Part shown: positions 17,138 to 25,986 of the stretch, one piece after another | How the letters are laid out: every line of letters begins with the position of its first letter | How positions within the stretch are numbered: position 1 is the first letter of the stretch | Source: an uncultured Candidatus Saccharibacteria bacterium | Lineage (GTDB): Bacteria > Patescibacteriota > Saccharimonadia > Saccharimonadales > Saccharimonadaceae | Direction: 5' to 3' | DNA length: 64,000 nucleotides | NCBI GenBank assembly: GCA_947425245.1 | Contig: CANDYU010000001.1 | Span: forward strand, 63,028 to 127,027 | Program-made: the position numbers and the translations under genes | Notes under the pieces: model-generated | The model's input: only the letters and a program-made list of their open reading frames with translations | The model's database searches: none | Told to the model about the DNA's origin: nothing

Positions 17138-17265
17138 CTTTATTACTTCGCAAGCTTCTTCTCGGACCGGATGTCACGCCATCCCGTCGTTACGGGTGGC
17201 GTGCGTCCTACGCCCTCCCTCGTAAGGTCCGGGAGTTCCTCTAAGAAGCTCATGAAGTAATAAAG
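17138..17265. repeat. Long imperfect hairpin element (about 128 nt) in the divergent wbaP-like/galE promoter region
   Basis: CTTTATTACTTC/GAAGTAATAAAG and AGCTTCTT/AAGAAGCT form the outer stems. The core TCGGACCGGATGTC...GAGTTCCTCT is shared with the 59497-59859 element. The inner hairpin is CCCGT-CGTT-ACGGG. Confidence 0.55.
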
Positions 17266-17315
17266 ATAGAGGCTTCGTTTGTGCTATAATTAATCTAATA
17301 ATTCTTGGAGGAAAT

Positions 17316-18335
17316 ATGGCAAAGGGACAGATTTTGATTACTGGAGGGACAGGGTATATTGGCTCGCATGCGGCGATAGAATTGATTCAGGCGGGTTATA
17401 AGGTAAAAATATTAGACAACCTATACAATAGTAAAATTACGGTTTTGGATCAGATTGAGAAGATTACTGGGGTGAGGCCGGAGTTTTATGAAGTTGATAT
17501 TCGGGACGCGGTGGAGCTCGCAAAGGTTTTTGAGAAAAATAGCTTCGATACGGTAATGCATTTTGCGGGTTTGAAGGCGGTAGGAGAATCGGTTAAGCAG
17601 CCGCTTCGATATTATGAGAATAATGTGGGCGGGACGATTAACCTGCTGGAGTGTATGGAAGAATATGGGGTGGACAATATAGTATTTTCGTCTTCGGCAA
17701 CGGTGTATGGCGATCAGGGCGAGAAGAAATGCTCAGAGGAGATGGAGACAGGGCGAGGGCTGACGAATCCGTACGGACGAACGAAATATATGATTGAAGA
17801 GATTTTGAAAGATACGGCAGTAGCGAATCCAAAGTTTCGGGCAGTGATCTTAAGGTATTTTAATCCGATTGGGGCTCATCAGTCAGGGCTTTTGGGCGAA
17901 AATCCGAATGATAAGCCGAATAACTTGATGCCATTTATTATGAAGGTGGCGACGGGCGAAATTCCGGAGTTGACGGTGTTTGGAAATGATTATGACACTA
18001 AAGATGGGACTTGTCGACGGGATTACATTCATGTGGTGGATTTGGCAAAAGGACATGTCGCGGCGGTCGAGAAGATTGACGAGGGGGAGCAAGTAAAGGT
18101 TTATAACTTGGGGTCAGGCGAAGGGACTTCGGTGTTGGAGATGGTAAAAGCGTTTTCGGAAGCGAGTGGAAAAGCTTTGCCGCACAAAATCGTGGGGAGG
18201 AGGGCTGGTGATTTGGCGGTAATTTGTGCAGATCCAGGAAAGGCGGAGCGGGAGCTAGGATGGAAAGTGGAGCTTTCGATTGCTGAAGCAATGCAAGATA
18301 CACTGAGGTATTTGGGGATGGAGGTGGAGGGGTAA
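17316..18335 (+). CDS. galE: UDP-glucose 4-epimerase
   Basis: 339 aa with ITGGTGYIGSH and the YGRTK catalytic motif. Confidence 0.95.
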   Translation: MAKGQILITGGTGYIGSHAAIELIQAGYKVKILDNLYNSKITVLDQIEKITGVRPEFYEVDIRDAVELAKVFEKNSFDTVMHFAGLKAVGESVKQPLRYYENNVGGTINLLECMEEYGVDNIVFSSSATVYGDQGEKKCSEEMETGRGLTNPYGRTKYMIEEILKDTAVANPKFRAVILRYFNPIGAHQSGLLGENPNDKPNNLMPFIMKVATGEIPELTVFGNDYDTKDGTCRRDYIHVVDLAKGHVAAVEKIDEGEQVKVYNLGSGEGTSVLEMVKAFSEASGKALPHKIVGRRAGDLAVICADPGKAERELGWKVELSIAEAMQDTLRYLGMEVEG

Positions 18336-18375
18336 GTTGAGGTTCTTTGGGTTTATTGAGGCGTAGCAATAGATC

Positions 18376-19674
18376 TCAGGAACGAAAATGGGCATAAAGT
18401 CGCCAAGCGAGAGTGAAAACAGGGAGGCCAAGGTGGAGGGATTGCATGGCCAGTAGGTCACGCTTGGTGCGAAGGGGGTTTTTTAGGATGTCGGCTTGGT
18501 GGGATTTGAGATAGGTGACGGTTTCTCGGCGGATTTTACGGAAATTGGACTTTTGTTCGGGGGTTTCGGGCTTTGCGAAGATGATCTGTCGCAAGATGCT
18601 GAAACGGGCGTGCATGCGACGAAGTTTTAGGGCATTTTCGAGGGTTTTGAAGCTTTCAGTAGAGTTTTGGGTGGAGAGCTTTAGGTCTTCAGGGTTTTTG
18701 GCGGAGTTTTGGGGTTTTTCAGGGGTGGAATACTCCCAGTCAGTAGTATTTTTCGGGTTTTTCGACTGACTGGTAGGGTTTAGTTCCCAGTCGGTAGTAA
18801 TTTGGGGATTTTGCGACTGACCGGTAATATGGTAAAAAATGGCGATATTATCACACATTTGGTCGGTTAAGTCGATAAGGTCGAGCTTCGCGGGACGGAA
18901 GGTTTGGTGGATGATTGAGCTGGGATTTTGGTAATATTTATAGAGTGGCTCGGGGAGAAAGGCGACCTGGTCACACTGGAGGATGAGGCGGTAAGTCGTT
19001 CCGACATCTTCGTAGAGCTTGCCGACAGGATAGCGGACCGTCTCGAAGAGTTCGGCTGCGTAAAGCTTGCCACAGGCCATGAGAGTGAAATCGCGTTCAC
19101 AAAGCATGTTGATGAGACAATTGGCTTGGTCGAGAAGGTGGGGCTGGGGAGCGGATGATGATTGCGGGTTGGTGGCTGGGTTGCCGGCGAGAGGCCGAAC
19201 GAAGCTTCGCTCGGAGCCGTCAGGAAAGACTTCGGCGAAAGAACAGATGGAAAGCTTTAGGGGAGGAGTTCGAGACTTGGAAGTGGAGTCTTGGCCAAGC
19301 TGGGTAATAAAGAGGGACTGATAAAGCTTTTCGATCATGGTGTGGTCAAGAAAATCATCGGAATCGACAAAAGTGACATGACTGCCACGCATGAGGCTGA
19401 GACCAGTATTACGGGCGGCAGAGAGGCCTTGGTTTTTCTGGTGAATAACCTTGATACGAGAGTCTTTACGGGCGAGTTGGTCGCATAATTCCCCGCTGCG
19501 ATCAGTCGAGCCGTCATTGATGAGGAGAATCTCGAGATTTTGGTAAGTTTGTTTCATGACAGAATTCAGGCAGCGTTCGAGGGTGGATTCGACATTATAG
19601 ACGGGGATGATGACGGAAATGAGGGGACGGTGATTCGGGCTTGGAGAGGCTTGAGATTTGGAGGATTTTGGCAT
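18376..19674 (-). CDS. Glycosyltransferase family 2 with a repeat-containing insertion
   Basis: Motifs ISVIIPVYNVE..LINDGSTD..DSDD. Confidence 0.8.
   Translation of the reverse strand: MPKSSKSQASPSPNHRPLISVIIPVYNVESTLERCLNSVMKQTYQNLEILLINDGSTDRSGELCDQLARKDSRIKVIHQKNQGLSAARNTGLSLMRGSHVTFVDSDDFLDHTMIEKLYQSLFITQLGQDSTSKSRTPPLKLSICSFAEVFPDGSERSFVRPLAGNPATNPQSSSAPQPHLLDQANCLINMLCERDFTLMACGKLYAAELFETVRYPVGKLYEDVGTTYRLILQCDQVAFLPEPLYKYYQNPSSIIHQTFRPAKLDLIDLTDQMCDNIAIFYHITGQSQNPQITTDWELNPTSQSKNPKNTTDWEYSTPEKPQNSAKNPEDLKLSTQNSTESFKTLENALKLRRMHARFSILRQIIFAKPETPEQKSNFRKIRRETVTYLKSHQADILKNPLRTKRDLLAMQSLHLGLPVFTLAWRLYAHFRS
18734..18832. repeat. Tandem duplication of about 50 bp, in frame within the GT2 gene
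   Basis: TCCCAGTC(A/G)GTAGTA..CGACTGAC(T/C)GGTA occurs twice. It encodes QSQNPQITTDWELNPTSQSKNPKNTTDWEYS. Confidence 0.6.
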
Positions 19675-19676
19675 GG

Positions 19677-20918
19677 CTAGAAGCGAGATCTTAGCTCTTC
19701 AAACTTGGCAAGGGCGGCAGCGATGGTCTTGTCCATGTCATAGTAAGCATACTCGCCGAGGCGGCCGCCGAAGACGACATTTTTTTCATTAGCAGCGAGA
19801 GATTGATATTCGGTCAGTTTAAGACGATCTTTGGCGGTGTTGACTGGGTAATAAGGCTCTTCGCCGAGTTGCCAGGTTTTACTATATTCGCGGACGATGA
19901 CGGTTTTGCCGGAAGCAGGAGCATAAGCAGTGTTGGCAAAATCAGGGTTAGAGGCTCGCTCGGGGTGGAAGTGCTTAAACTCGTGGATACGGGTGTACTT
20001 TGGCTCGAGATCGGCATAGTTCATGACTGGACAACCCTGAAAATCATCCACATCGAGGACCTCTTTTTTGAAGTCAAGACTACGCCATTTTAACTCGCCA
20101 AACTGATAGCTATAGTAGCGGTCGATAGGGCCAGTATAGATAGTAAGGATACCGGAAGATTTAAGGTCCTGGATCGCTGGGTCATCAAAATAGTCGGTCT
20201 CGAGACGTACTTCAAGATTATCACCGCAACTCTTTACCATAGCTTCAAACCAAGCATTGTAGCCGTCGACAGGGAGACCTTCGTAAGTGTCGTTAAAATA
20301 GCGATTGTCGTAATTATAGCGAACTGGGAGACGCTTGATGATTTCGGGAGAAAGTTCTTCGGCGGGAGTTTGCCATTGCTTCGCGGTGTAGTTTTTAATA
20401 AAGGCATCGAAAAGGGGCTTGCCGATGAGGGAGATTCCCTGTTCGACGAGGTTTTGGGGTTCGATGGAATCTTTGCCGAATTGCTCTTCAGCGATGTCAT
20501 GTTTGGCAATTTGGTCGGCGATTTTGAGCTTTGCTTCATCAGGAGTGTAGGCGGCACGGAAGAATTGGTTAATAGTGCCGAGGTTGATGGGGAGGGGGTA
20601 GACGACGCCATCATGCGTAGTGTAGACATGATGAATATAGTTCGTAAACTTAGTAAAGCGATTGACGTAGTCCCAGACTTCAGGGATTGAGGTGTGGAAG
20701 AGGTGGGCTCCGTATTTATGGCATTCGATGCCAGTTTCGGAGTCAAATTCGGAGTAGCAGTTGCCGCCGAGGTGATGACGCTTGTCAATGACGAGAACCT
20801 TTTTACCGAGTTCATGGATGAGACGCTCAGCCATAGTAAGACCGAAGAGGCCGGCACCGACGATTAGGACATCGGGATGAGCGTTTAAGACTGGTTGGTT
20901 GTTCTCGGTTTGATTCAT
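19677..20918 (-). CDS. glf: UDP-galactopyranose mutase
   Basis: 413 aa with VLIVGAGLFGL..GGNCYSE..YGAHLFHT. Confidence 0.95.
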   Translation of the reverse strand: MNQTENNQPVLNAHPDVLIVGAGLFGLTMAERLIHELGKKVLVIDKRHHLGGNCYSEFDSETGIECHKYGAHLFHTSIPEVWDYVNRFTKFTNYIHHVYTTHDGVVYPLPINLGTINQFFRAAYTPDEAKLKIADQIAKHDIAEEQFGKDSIEPQNLVEQGISLIGKPLFDAFIKNYTAKQWQTPAEELSPEIIKRLPVRYNYDNRYFNDTYEGLPVDGYNAWFEAMVKSCGDNLEVRLETDYFDDPAIQDLKSSGILTIYTGPIDRYYSYQFGELKWRSLDFKKEVLDVDDFQGCPVMNYADLEPKYTRIHEFKHFHPERASNPDFANTAYAPASGKTVIVREYSKTWQLGEEPYYPVNTAKDRLKLTEYQSLAANEKNVVFGGRLGEYAYYDMDKTIAAALAKFEELRSRF

Positions 20919-20951
20919 CGGTACCTCCTTGGTTTTATTAAGCTGGGTTAA

Positions 20952-21941
20952 CTATTGCCAGAGATTTTCATAGGCCTTAGCAACCTCTTCTGGACTGCCT
21001 TCGGCGGCAACTTTGCCTTGTTCAATTAAGATAGCACGGTCGCAGAAGCGGCGGACATTCTCCATAGAGTGGGTAACGAGGATGACGGTTTGGCCGCCGT
21101 GGAGACTGGCGAAATAGTCGTTACATTTCCCCTGGAACTCGGCATCGCCAACCGCTAGAACTTCGTCAAGGATGAGAATATCACCACGTGCTCGGATGGC
21201 GATAGAAAAGGCGAGGCGGACTTGCATACCAGAAGAGTAGTTCTTTAGTTTGGCATCCATGAAAGGCTCTAGTTCGGCGAAATGAACGATTTCGTCGTAC
21301 ATGGCGTCCATTTCTTTGTTGGAGAACCCGAGTAGAGCACCGTTTAGATAGACATTTTCACGGCCGGTTAATTCGGGGTTAAAGCCAACGCCGAGCTCAA
21401 TGAACGGGACGAGGGTGCCGTTGACCTCAATTTTGCCGCTGTCGGGGATGTAGATTTGGGCGAGGAGCTTTAGTAAAGTAGACTTACCAGAGCCGTTGCG
21501 ACCGACAATGCCGACGAATTCGCCCTTTTTTACCTCAAAATCAATACCGCTCAACACCTTGTGTTCAGTGTAACCTTTAACGCCTTTGAGCCAATTAAAA
21601 ATGGCTTGTTTGAGGCCAGAGGCACGCTCAGTGGGGAGATGGAAGCTTTTATGGAGACCAGTAACTTTAATAGCGTTTTCGGAGTTTTGCACTGGATTTT
21701 TCGCAGGTTTTTGCACAGAATCTTGGGCTTTTTGCACAATATTCTCGGAGTTTTCCTCAGGATTTGCACAGGTAGATGATTGATTATCCACAGGATTTCC
21801 ACTAATTTTATCTTGTTTTGCACAAGTTTTACACAGATTTTCCACAGGTTCAGTAGAATTAATGGCTTGTTTGGCTATGCCTATTGATTTTTTTTGGTTT
21901 TTGTGATATAATGGAGATTTGGGGTGTTTTTTCTTAGACAT
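20952..21941 (-). CDS. Polysaccharide/teichoic-acid export ABC transporter ATP-binding protein (Wzt/TagH-like) with a repeat-encoded N-terminal extension of about 90 aa
   Basis: Walker A GRNGSGKST, signature YSSGMQVRL and Walker B ILILDE. Confidence 0.9.
   Translation of the reverse strand: MSKKKHPKSPLYHKNQKKSIGIAKQAINSTEPVENLCKTCAKQDKISGNPVDNQSSTCANPEENSENIVQKAQDSVQKPAKNPVQNSENAIKVTGLHKSFHLPTERASGLKQAIFNWLKGVKGYTEHKVLSGIDFEVKKGEFVGIVGRNGSGKSTLLKLLAQIYIPDSGKIEVNGTLVPFIELGVGFNPELTGRENVYLNGALLGFSNKEMDAMYDEIVHFAELEPFMDAKLKNYSSGMQVRLAFSIAIRARGDILILDEVLAVGDAEFQGKCNDYFASLHGGQTVILVTHSMENVRRFCDRAILIEQGKVAAEGSPEEVAKAYENLWQ
21685..21846. repeat. Array of about 10 DnaA-box-like 9-mers (TTTT(G/C)CACA variants, including a perfect TTATCCACA at 21784-21792), largely 11-bp phased, inside the N-terminal extension of the ABC ATPase
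   Basis: Boxes read at 21685, 21709, 21730, 21762, 21784, 21795, 21816, 21827 and 21838. Confidence 0.65.
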
Positions 21942-22762
21942 TAGACCTCCTCGGCAAAGTGCTTAGATTTTTTACGGAAGAACAGGGAGGCGGCGATAAG
22001 CAGGACGATAACGATGAGAAACGGAACGAGGCGAAGTAAGGGGTTATTAATGACGCTCCAGGTCGTCATAGTGGCATCAGTGATGAGGGTATAGCGGACG
22101 TCTTGGATGACCTGGGCTATAGGGTTTAGCATGATAATGCGGCCAGCTAGAGCACCGAAGCTGCCGGAGCTGAGAACCATGGAGAGGGGGTAGATGATAG
22201 GGACGGCATAGAAAAGGGCTTGGATTAGGACGTCCCAGATCGAGGTAATGTCGCGATATTTAACATTGATAGCACCGAGAAGGAAGGAGATACCGAGCGA
22301 GAAGAGATAGAGCTCAAGGATTAAGAATGGGACGAGGAGCCAGGTCCAGGTCGGGGCGACGCCGTTGATGAGGGCGAAGATGATAATAACACAGAGGTTG
22401 ATGGCGAGGTTGATCAGGGCGGTAGAAGTGGCGGAGACGACGATGATGTATTTCGGGAAGCTGATTTTACGGATCAGGTCGCCGCGACCGACGATTGAGT
22501 TAATACCGAGGCCGGTACATTCAGTAAAGAAGTTCCAGAGGACGGTGCCGGTTAAGAGATAGACGGGGTAGTGGGGGATGTCGTTGCCGAAGTTGAGCAT
22601 CTTAGCAAAGACGATGTAAAGGATTGCAAACATAAGGAGGGGGCGTAAGACAGCCCAAGTGTAACCGAGGATTGAACCTTGGTAGCGGAGCTTAAAATCG
22701 GTTTTGACGAGTTCGCCCAACAAAATACGATTCTTTTGGCAAAGTATATTCGGAAATCCCAT
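21941..22762 (-). CDS. ABC-2 type polysaccharide export permease (Wzm/TagG-like)
   Basis: 273 aa with 6 TM segments and the LRYQGSILGYTWAVLRPL motif. It is translationally coupled to the ATPase gene. Confidence 0.85.
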   Translation of the reverse strand: MGFPNILCQKNRILLGELVKTDFKLRYQGSILGYTWAVLRPLLMFAILYIVFAKMLNFGNDIPHYPVYLLTGTVLWNFFTECTGLGINSIVGRGDLIRKISFPKYIIVVSATSTALINLAINLCVIIIFALINGVAPTWTWLLVPFLILELYLFSLGISFLLGAINVKYRDITSIWDVLIQALFYAVPIIYPLSMVLSSGSFGALAGRIIMLNPIAQVIQDVRYTLITDATMTTWSVINNPLLRLVPFLIVIVLLIAASLFFRKKSKHFAEEV

Positions 22763-22819
22763 AATTGGACTTATTATAGCATGAAAATGGTATTTTAGGG
22801 AGAATTGTGGCTGGGGAGG

Positions 22820-23851
22820 CTATTTTGGGTGACGGAGGCGACGACGGAAGTTGAGGAGGTTTTTAGTGAAGATTGGGGCATGCAGGACGCCTTGGAGGGC
22901 TAGCCATTCGAATTTGGTGAAGTTGGATTTTTTTAACCAGTGGTTTTGGGCGGCGAGACGTAGTTCGCTTCGCATGGTGCGGTAGAAATCTTTGGCTAAA
23001 GAGTGGTCGAGTCGCTGGAGGTTCCAGTGGTAGTTGCGGAACTTGGCGGCGGACATGAGGGGGGCGAGAGACTTCAAGAGGTTACGCTCCTCCAGAAAGT
23101 CGGCAATGCCGGCGTATTCTTCGACGACACAGAGGGCTTTGCCGGGATTATGGACGGAAGAGTTGGCGTTGTCGGTGCGATAGTGCAGGAAGGCTTCGTC
23201 GGTAAGGACGATTCGCTGGGCGGTGGCGAGGACCTTGAAATTAAAGCCGAGATCTTGATACGACGCCCCAGGGGTGGGGAGAAAACTGATATTATTTTCA
23301 AGGAGGAAGTCACGGCGGTAGATGGCGGACCAGATGGCAGGAGGGAGTCGGAAGAGTTTTTCGTAGAGCTTAGGGTGGCTAGGATTGTCGAACCAGGCGG
23401 GAGCGAGAGGAAGATTCGCGTCATGATTGGAGATAAGAGTGGTTTTTTTATCGAGTGGCCGATCGGTTTCGGAGGAGGTGGTCGATTCATAGTAATTCCC
23501 TCTTGCTACATCTGCTTCATGTTCTTTTGCAAGGGTATAGAGGGTGGCAAGAGCGTTTGATTCGAGCCAGTCGTCTGGTTCGAGGATGCCGATGTATTTA
23601 CCTTGGGCTTTTTTGAGTCCTTGGTTCATGGAGTCGCCATAGCCAGAGTTTGGTTTATCGATGATGATAATACGAGGGTCTTTTTTAGCGTAGGATTTAA
23701 TGATGTTTAGAGAATTGTCTGTCGAACCATCGTTGATACAGATGATTTCTAGGTCTTTCAGAGTTTGAGAAACGGCGGACGAGAGGGCTTGGTCGAGATA
23801 TGGTTCGACATTGTAGATGGGGATGAGGAGGGAGACGAGAGGGGCTTTCAT
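22820..23851 (-). CDS. Glycosyltransferase family 2
   Basis: Motifs VSLLIPIYNVE..INDGSTD..EPDDW. Confidence 0.85.
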   Translation of the reverse strand: MKAPLVSLLIPIYNVEPYLDQALSSAVSQTLKDLEIICINDGSTDNSLNIIKSYAKKDPRIIIIDKPNSGYGDSMNQGLKKAQGKYIGILEPDDWLESNALATLYTLAKEHEADVARGNYYESTTSSETDRPLDKKTTLISNHDANLPLAPAWFDNPSHPKLYEKLFRLPPAIWSAIYRRDFLLENNISFLPTPGASYQDLGFNFKVLATAQRIVLTDEAFLHYRTDNANSSVHNPGKALCVVEEYAGIADFLEERNLLKSLAPLMSAAKFRNYHWNLQRLDHSLAKDFYRTMRSELRLAAQNHWLKKSNFTKFEWLALQGVLHAPIFTKNLLNFRRRLRHPK

Positions 23852-23868
23852 AGATATTGGCTCTTATC

Positions 23869-24912
23869 TTACGACGCTCTGTATAGGACTTTGTGAGCTA
23901 AACGCGTAAGGCCAGTTTTTGCATGGATGAGGCTAATAATGATGCTAACTTTAAAGTAGCTATATTGGGTGAACATTTTATAAAATAGACGATCCTGACC
24001 ACGGAAATAGCGAAAAGTGAATTTTGAGTCTTCCTTAATGGGCTGAAAAATCTCTTTAAGCATTAGGTAGTACTCTTTGCGGTATTTACGTTGGATGTTT
24101 TGAAAAAAACCCATATTTGTCCACAAAACATGGATGTAGAGTTCTTCACGAACATTATCAAGGTAACCAGACTTTTTGATAATCTCGATCCCAGTCTTAC
24201 TGTTCTTTGCCATAAGTAGAAGTTTTTTGCCAGTAGCACTAGTGGAATTTCCTTGAGCATCATCATTGCGCCAGTGCACGAATGGTTCCTTAACAACCGA
24301 GATACGCTTAGCACGCGTCATTACGTCCATCATAAATGGAAAATCTTGATAGGAGGCACCGGCGGTATCGGGGATTTTAATCTTCTTAACGAATTTTGCA
24401 CGATAAATCGACGACCAAATTGAAGCATGAAAGCCGATAATTTTGGGCCACTCGGTAACATGAAAAGCTCCATCGGGTGCAAGGCTAAGGTCGATGCCGA
24501 ATAAGTTGCGATAGACTTCATCGCGAGCACCTACTGGTAGATTGGAGCAATACTTAGTAAACATACCTTTCGTGATATCGGTGTCGTGTTTTTTTGCGTC
24601 GGCATAGAGCTTTTCGTACATGTCAGGCTCAATCCAATCGTCACTCTCAATGATGCCGATATATTCACCTTTAGCAAGGTCGATTCCCTTGTTGACGGCT
24701 ACGCTGTATCCAGAATTAGGTTGATGAATCGCAACTACGCGGCTGTCTTGTTTAGCATATTGATCAACAATGGCTGGACAACCATCAGGAGAGCCATCAT
24801 CAACCAAGATTACTTCAATATCTTTTAGGGTTTGCCTTAAAATACTGTCAACACACTCACGAAGGTATTTTTCAACATTATAGATTGGCACAACAACAGA
24901 AACTTTAATCAT
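23869..24912 (-). CDS. Glycosyltransferase family 2
   Basis: Motifs VSVVVPIYNVE..VDDGSPD..ESDDW. Confidence 0.85.
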   Translation of the reverse strand: MIKVSVVVPIYNVEKYLRECVDSILRQTLKDIEVILVDDGSPDGCPAIVDQYAKQDSRVVAIHQPNSGYSVAVNKGIDLAKGEYIGIIESDDWIEPDMYEKLYADAKKHDTDITKGMFTKYCSNLPVGARDEVYRNLFGIDLSLAPDGAFHVTEWPKIIGFHASIWSSIYRAKFVKKIKIPDTAGASYQDFPFMMDVMTRAKRISVVKEPFVHWRNDDAQGNSTSATGKKLLLMAKNSKTGIEIIKKSGYLDNVREELYIHVLWTNMGFFQNIQRKYRKEYYLMLKEIFQPIKEDSKFTFRYFRGQDRLFYKMFTQYSYFKVSIIISLIHAKTGLTRLAHKVLYRAS

Positions 24913-24978
24913 AAAATGATTATAACATTGTTTTGGAAATATATAGATTCCAGTAAGATATGTTATAATGAGTGAGTT

Positions 24979-25971
24979 ATGAGGTTATTATCTGTCATTA
25001 TTCCGTCTTATAATACGGAGTTATATATTGAGCGGTGCTTAGATAGCTTGCTGTATGATGAAGAAATTATTGATAAGCTTGATATTATCATTGTAAATGA
25101 TGGTAGTAGTGACAAAACACCAAAGATTGCAAAAAAGTACCAAGAAAGTTTCCCAAAAACAATAACAGTAATAAATAAAGAGAATGGCGGTCATGGTTCG
25201 ACGGTTAATGCTGGACTTAAAATTGCTAAGGGTAAGTACTTAAAGATAATTGATTCAGACGATTGGGTAAATGTCTTTGATTTTAGTGATTTCGTAAAAA
25301 GACTAGAAGAAGTCGATGATGATTTGGTGATAACAGATTATGTTCAGAGTGTTTTGTATGATGGTATCGAAGATAGGGTTTCATTCTTCCATGGCGATGA
25401 TAGTTCTAAGCCGATTGATCAAATACGCGATATTTCGTGTCCTAATGGGGTGGATTTTGCGTTATCAATACATGCAATCACAGTAAAAACCGAAAAATTA
25501 AAAGAAGTATGGGGTGAGGGGCTGCTTGAACATACATTTTATGTTGATATGCAGTTTGCGGCAAAGGTATTAGAATGCACGAAGACCTTCCGGACTTTAG
25601 ACTATACAATTTATGTATATTTCATCGGCAGACCAGATCAAAGTGTGGCCGATTTTTTCAGGCGGAGAAGCGATCATGAGAGAGTGTTAAGATGGATTGT
25701 TACAGAACTTGATAGTGGTGAGGTCCAAGAGTCAGAGTTTTTGACTTTCATGCTGAAGTTAATGCTAAAATCAATGATTAATACTCATTATGAAGCATAT
25801 TATCAGACGCTTGAGGCAACTCGCGACCAGTTACAGGAAATATTCGATTTTGATGTTTTCCTTATGGCGAGGTGTCCAGATTTACATAATGGTTTATCAG
25901 CGGCATATGGCTTACGACGCCGTTTGTCGCCGATGCGAAGATTTTTGAAACGAAAATGGTTAACAATGTAA
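24979..25971 (+). CDS. Glycosyltransferase family 2
   Basis: Motifs LSVIIPSYNTE..VNDGSSD..DSDDW. Confidence 0.85.
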   Translation: MRLLSVIIPSYNTELYIERCLDSLLYDEEIIDKLDIIIVNDGSSDKTPKIAKKYQESFPKTITVINKENGGHGSTVNAGLKIAKGKYLKIIDSDDWVNVFDFSDFVKRLEEVDDDLVITDYVQSVLYDGIEDRVSFFHGDDSSKPIDQIRDISCPNGVDFALSIHAITVKTEKLKEVWGEGLLEHTFYVDMQFAAKVLECTKTFRTLDYTIYVYFIGRPDQSVADFFRRRSDHERVLRWIVTELDSGEVQESEFLTFMLKLMLKSMINTHYEAYYQTLEATRDQLQEIFDFDVFLMARCPDLHNGLSAAYGLRRRLSPMRRFLKRKWLTM

Positions 25972-25986
25972 GATTGAGAGGAGAAT

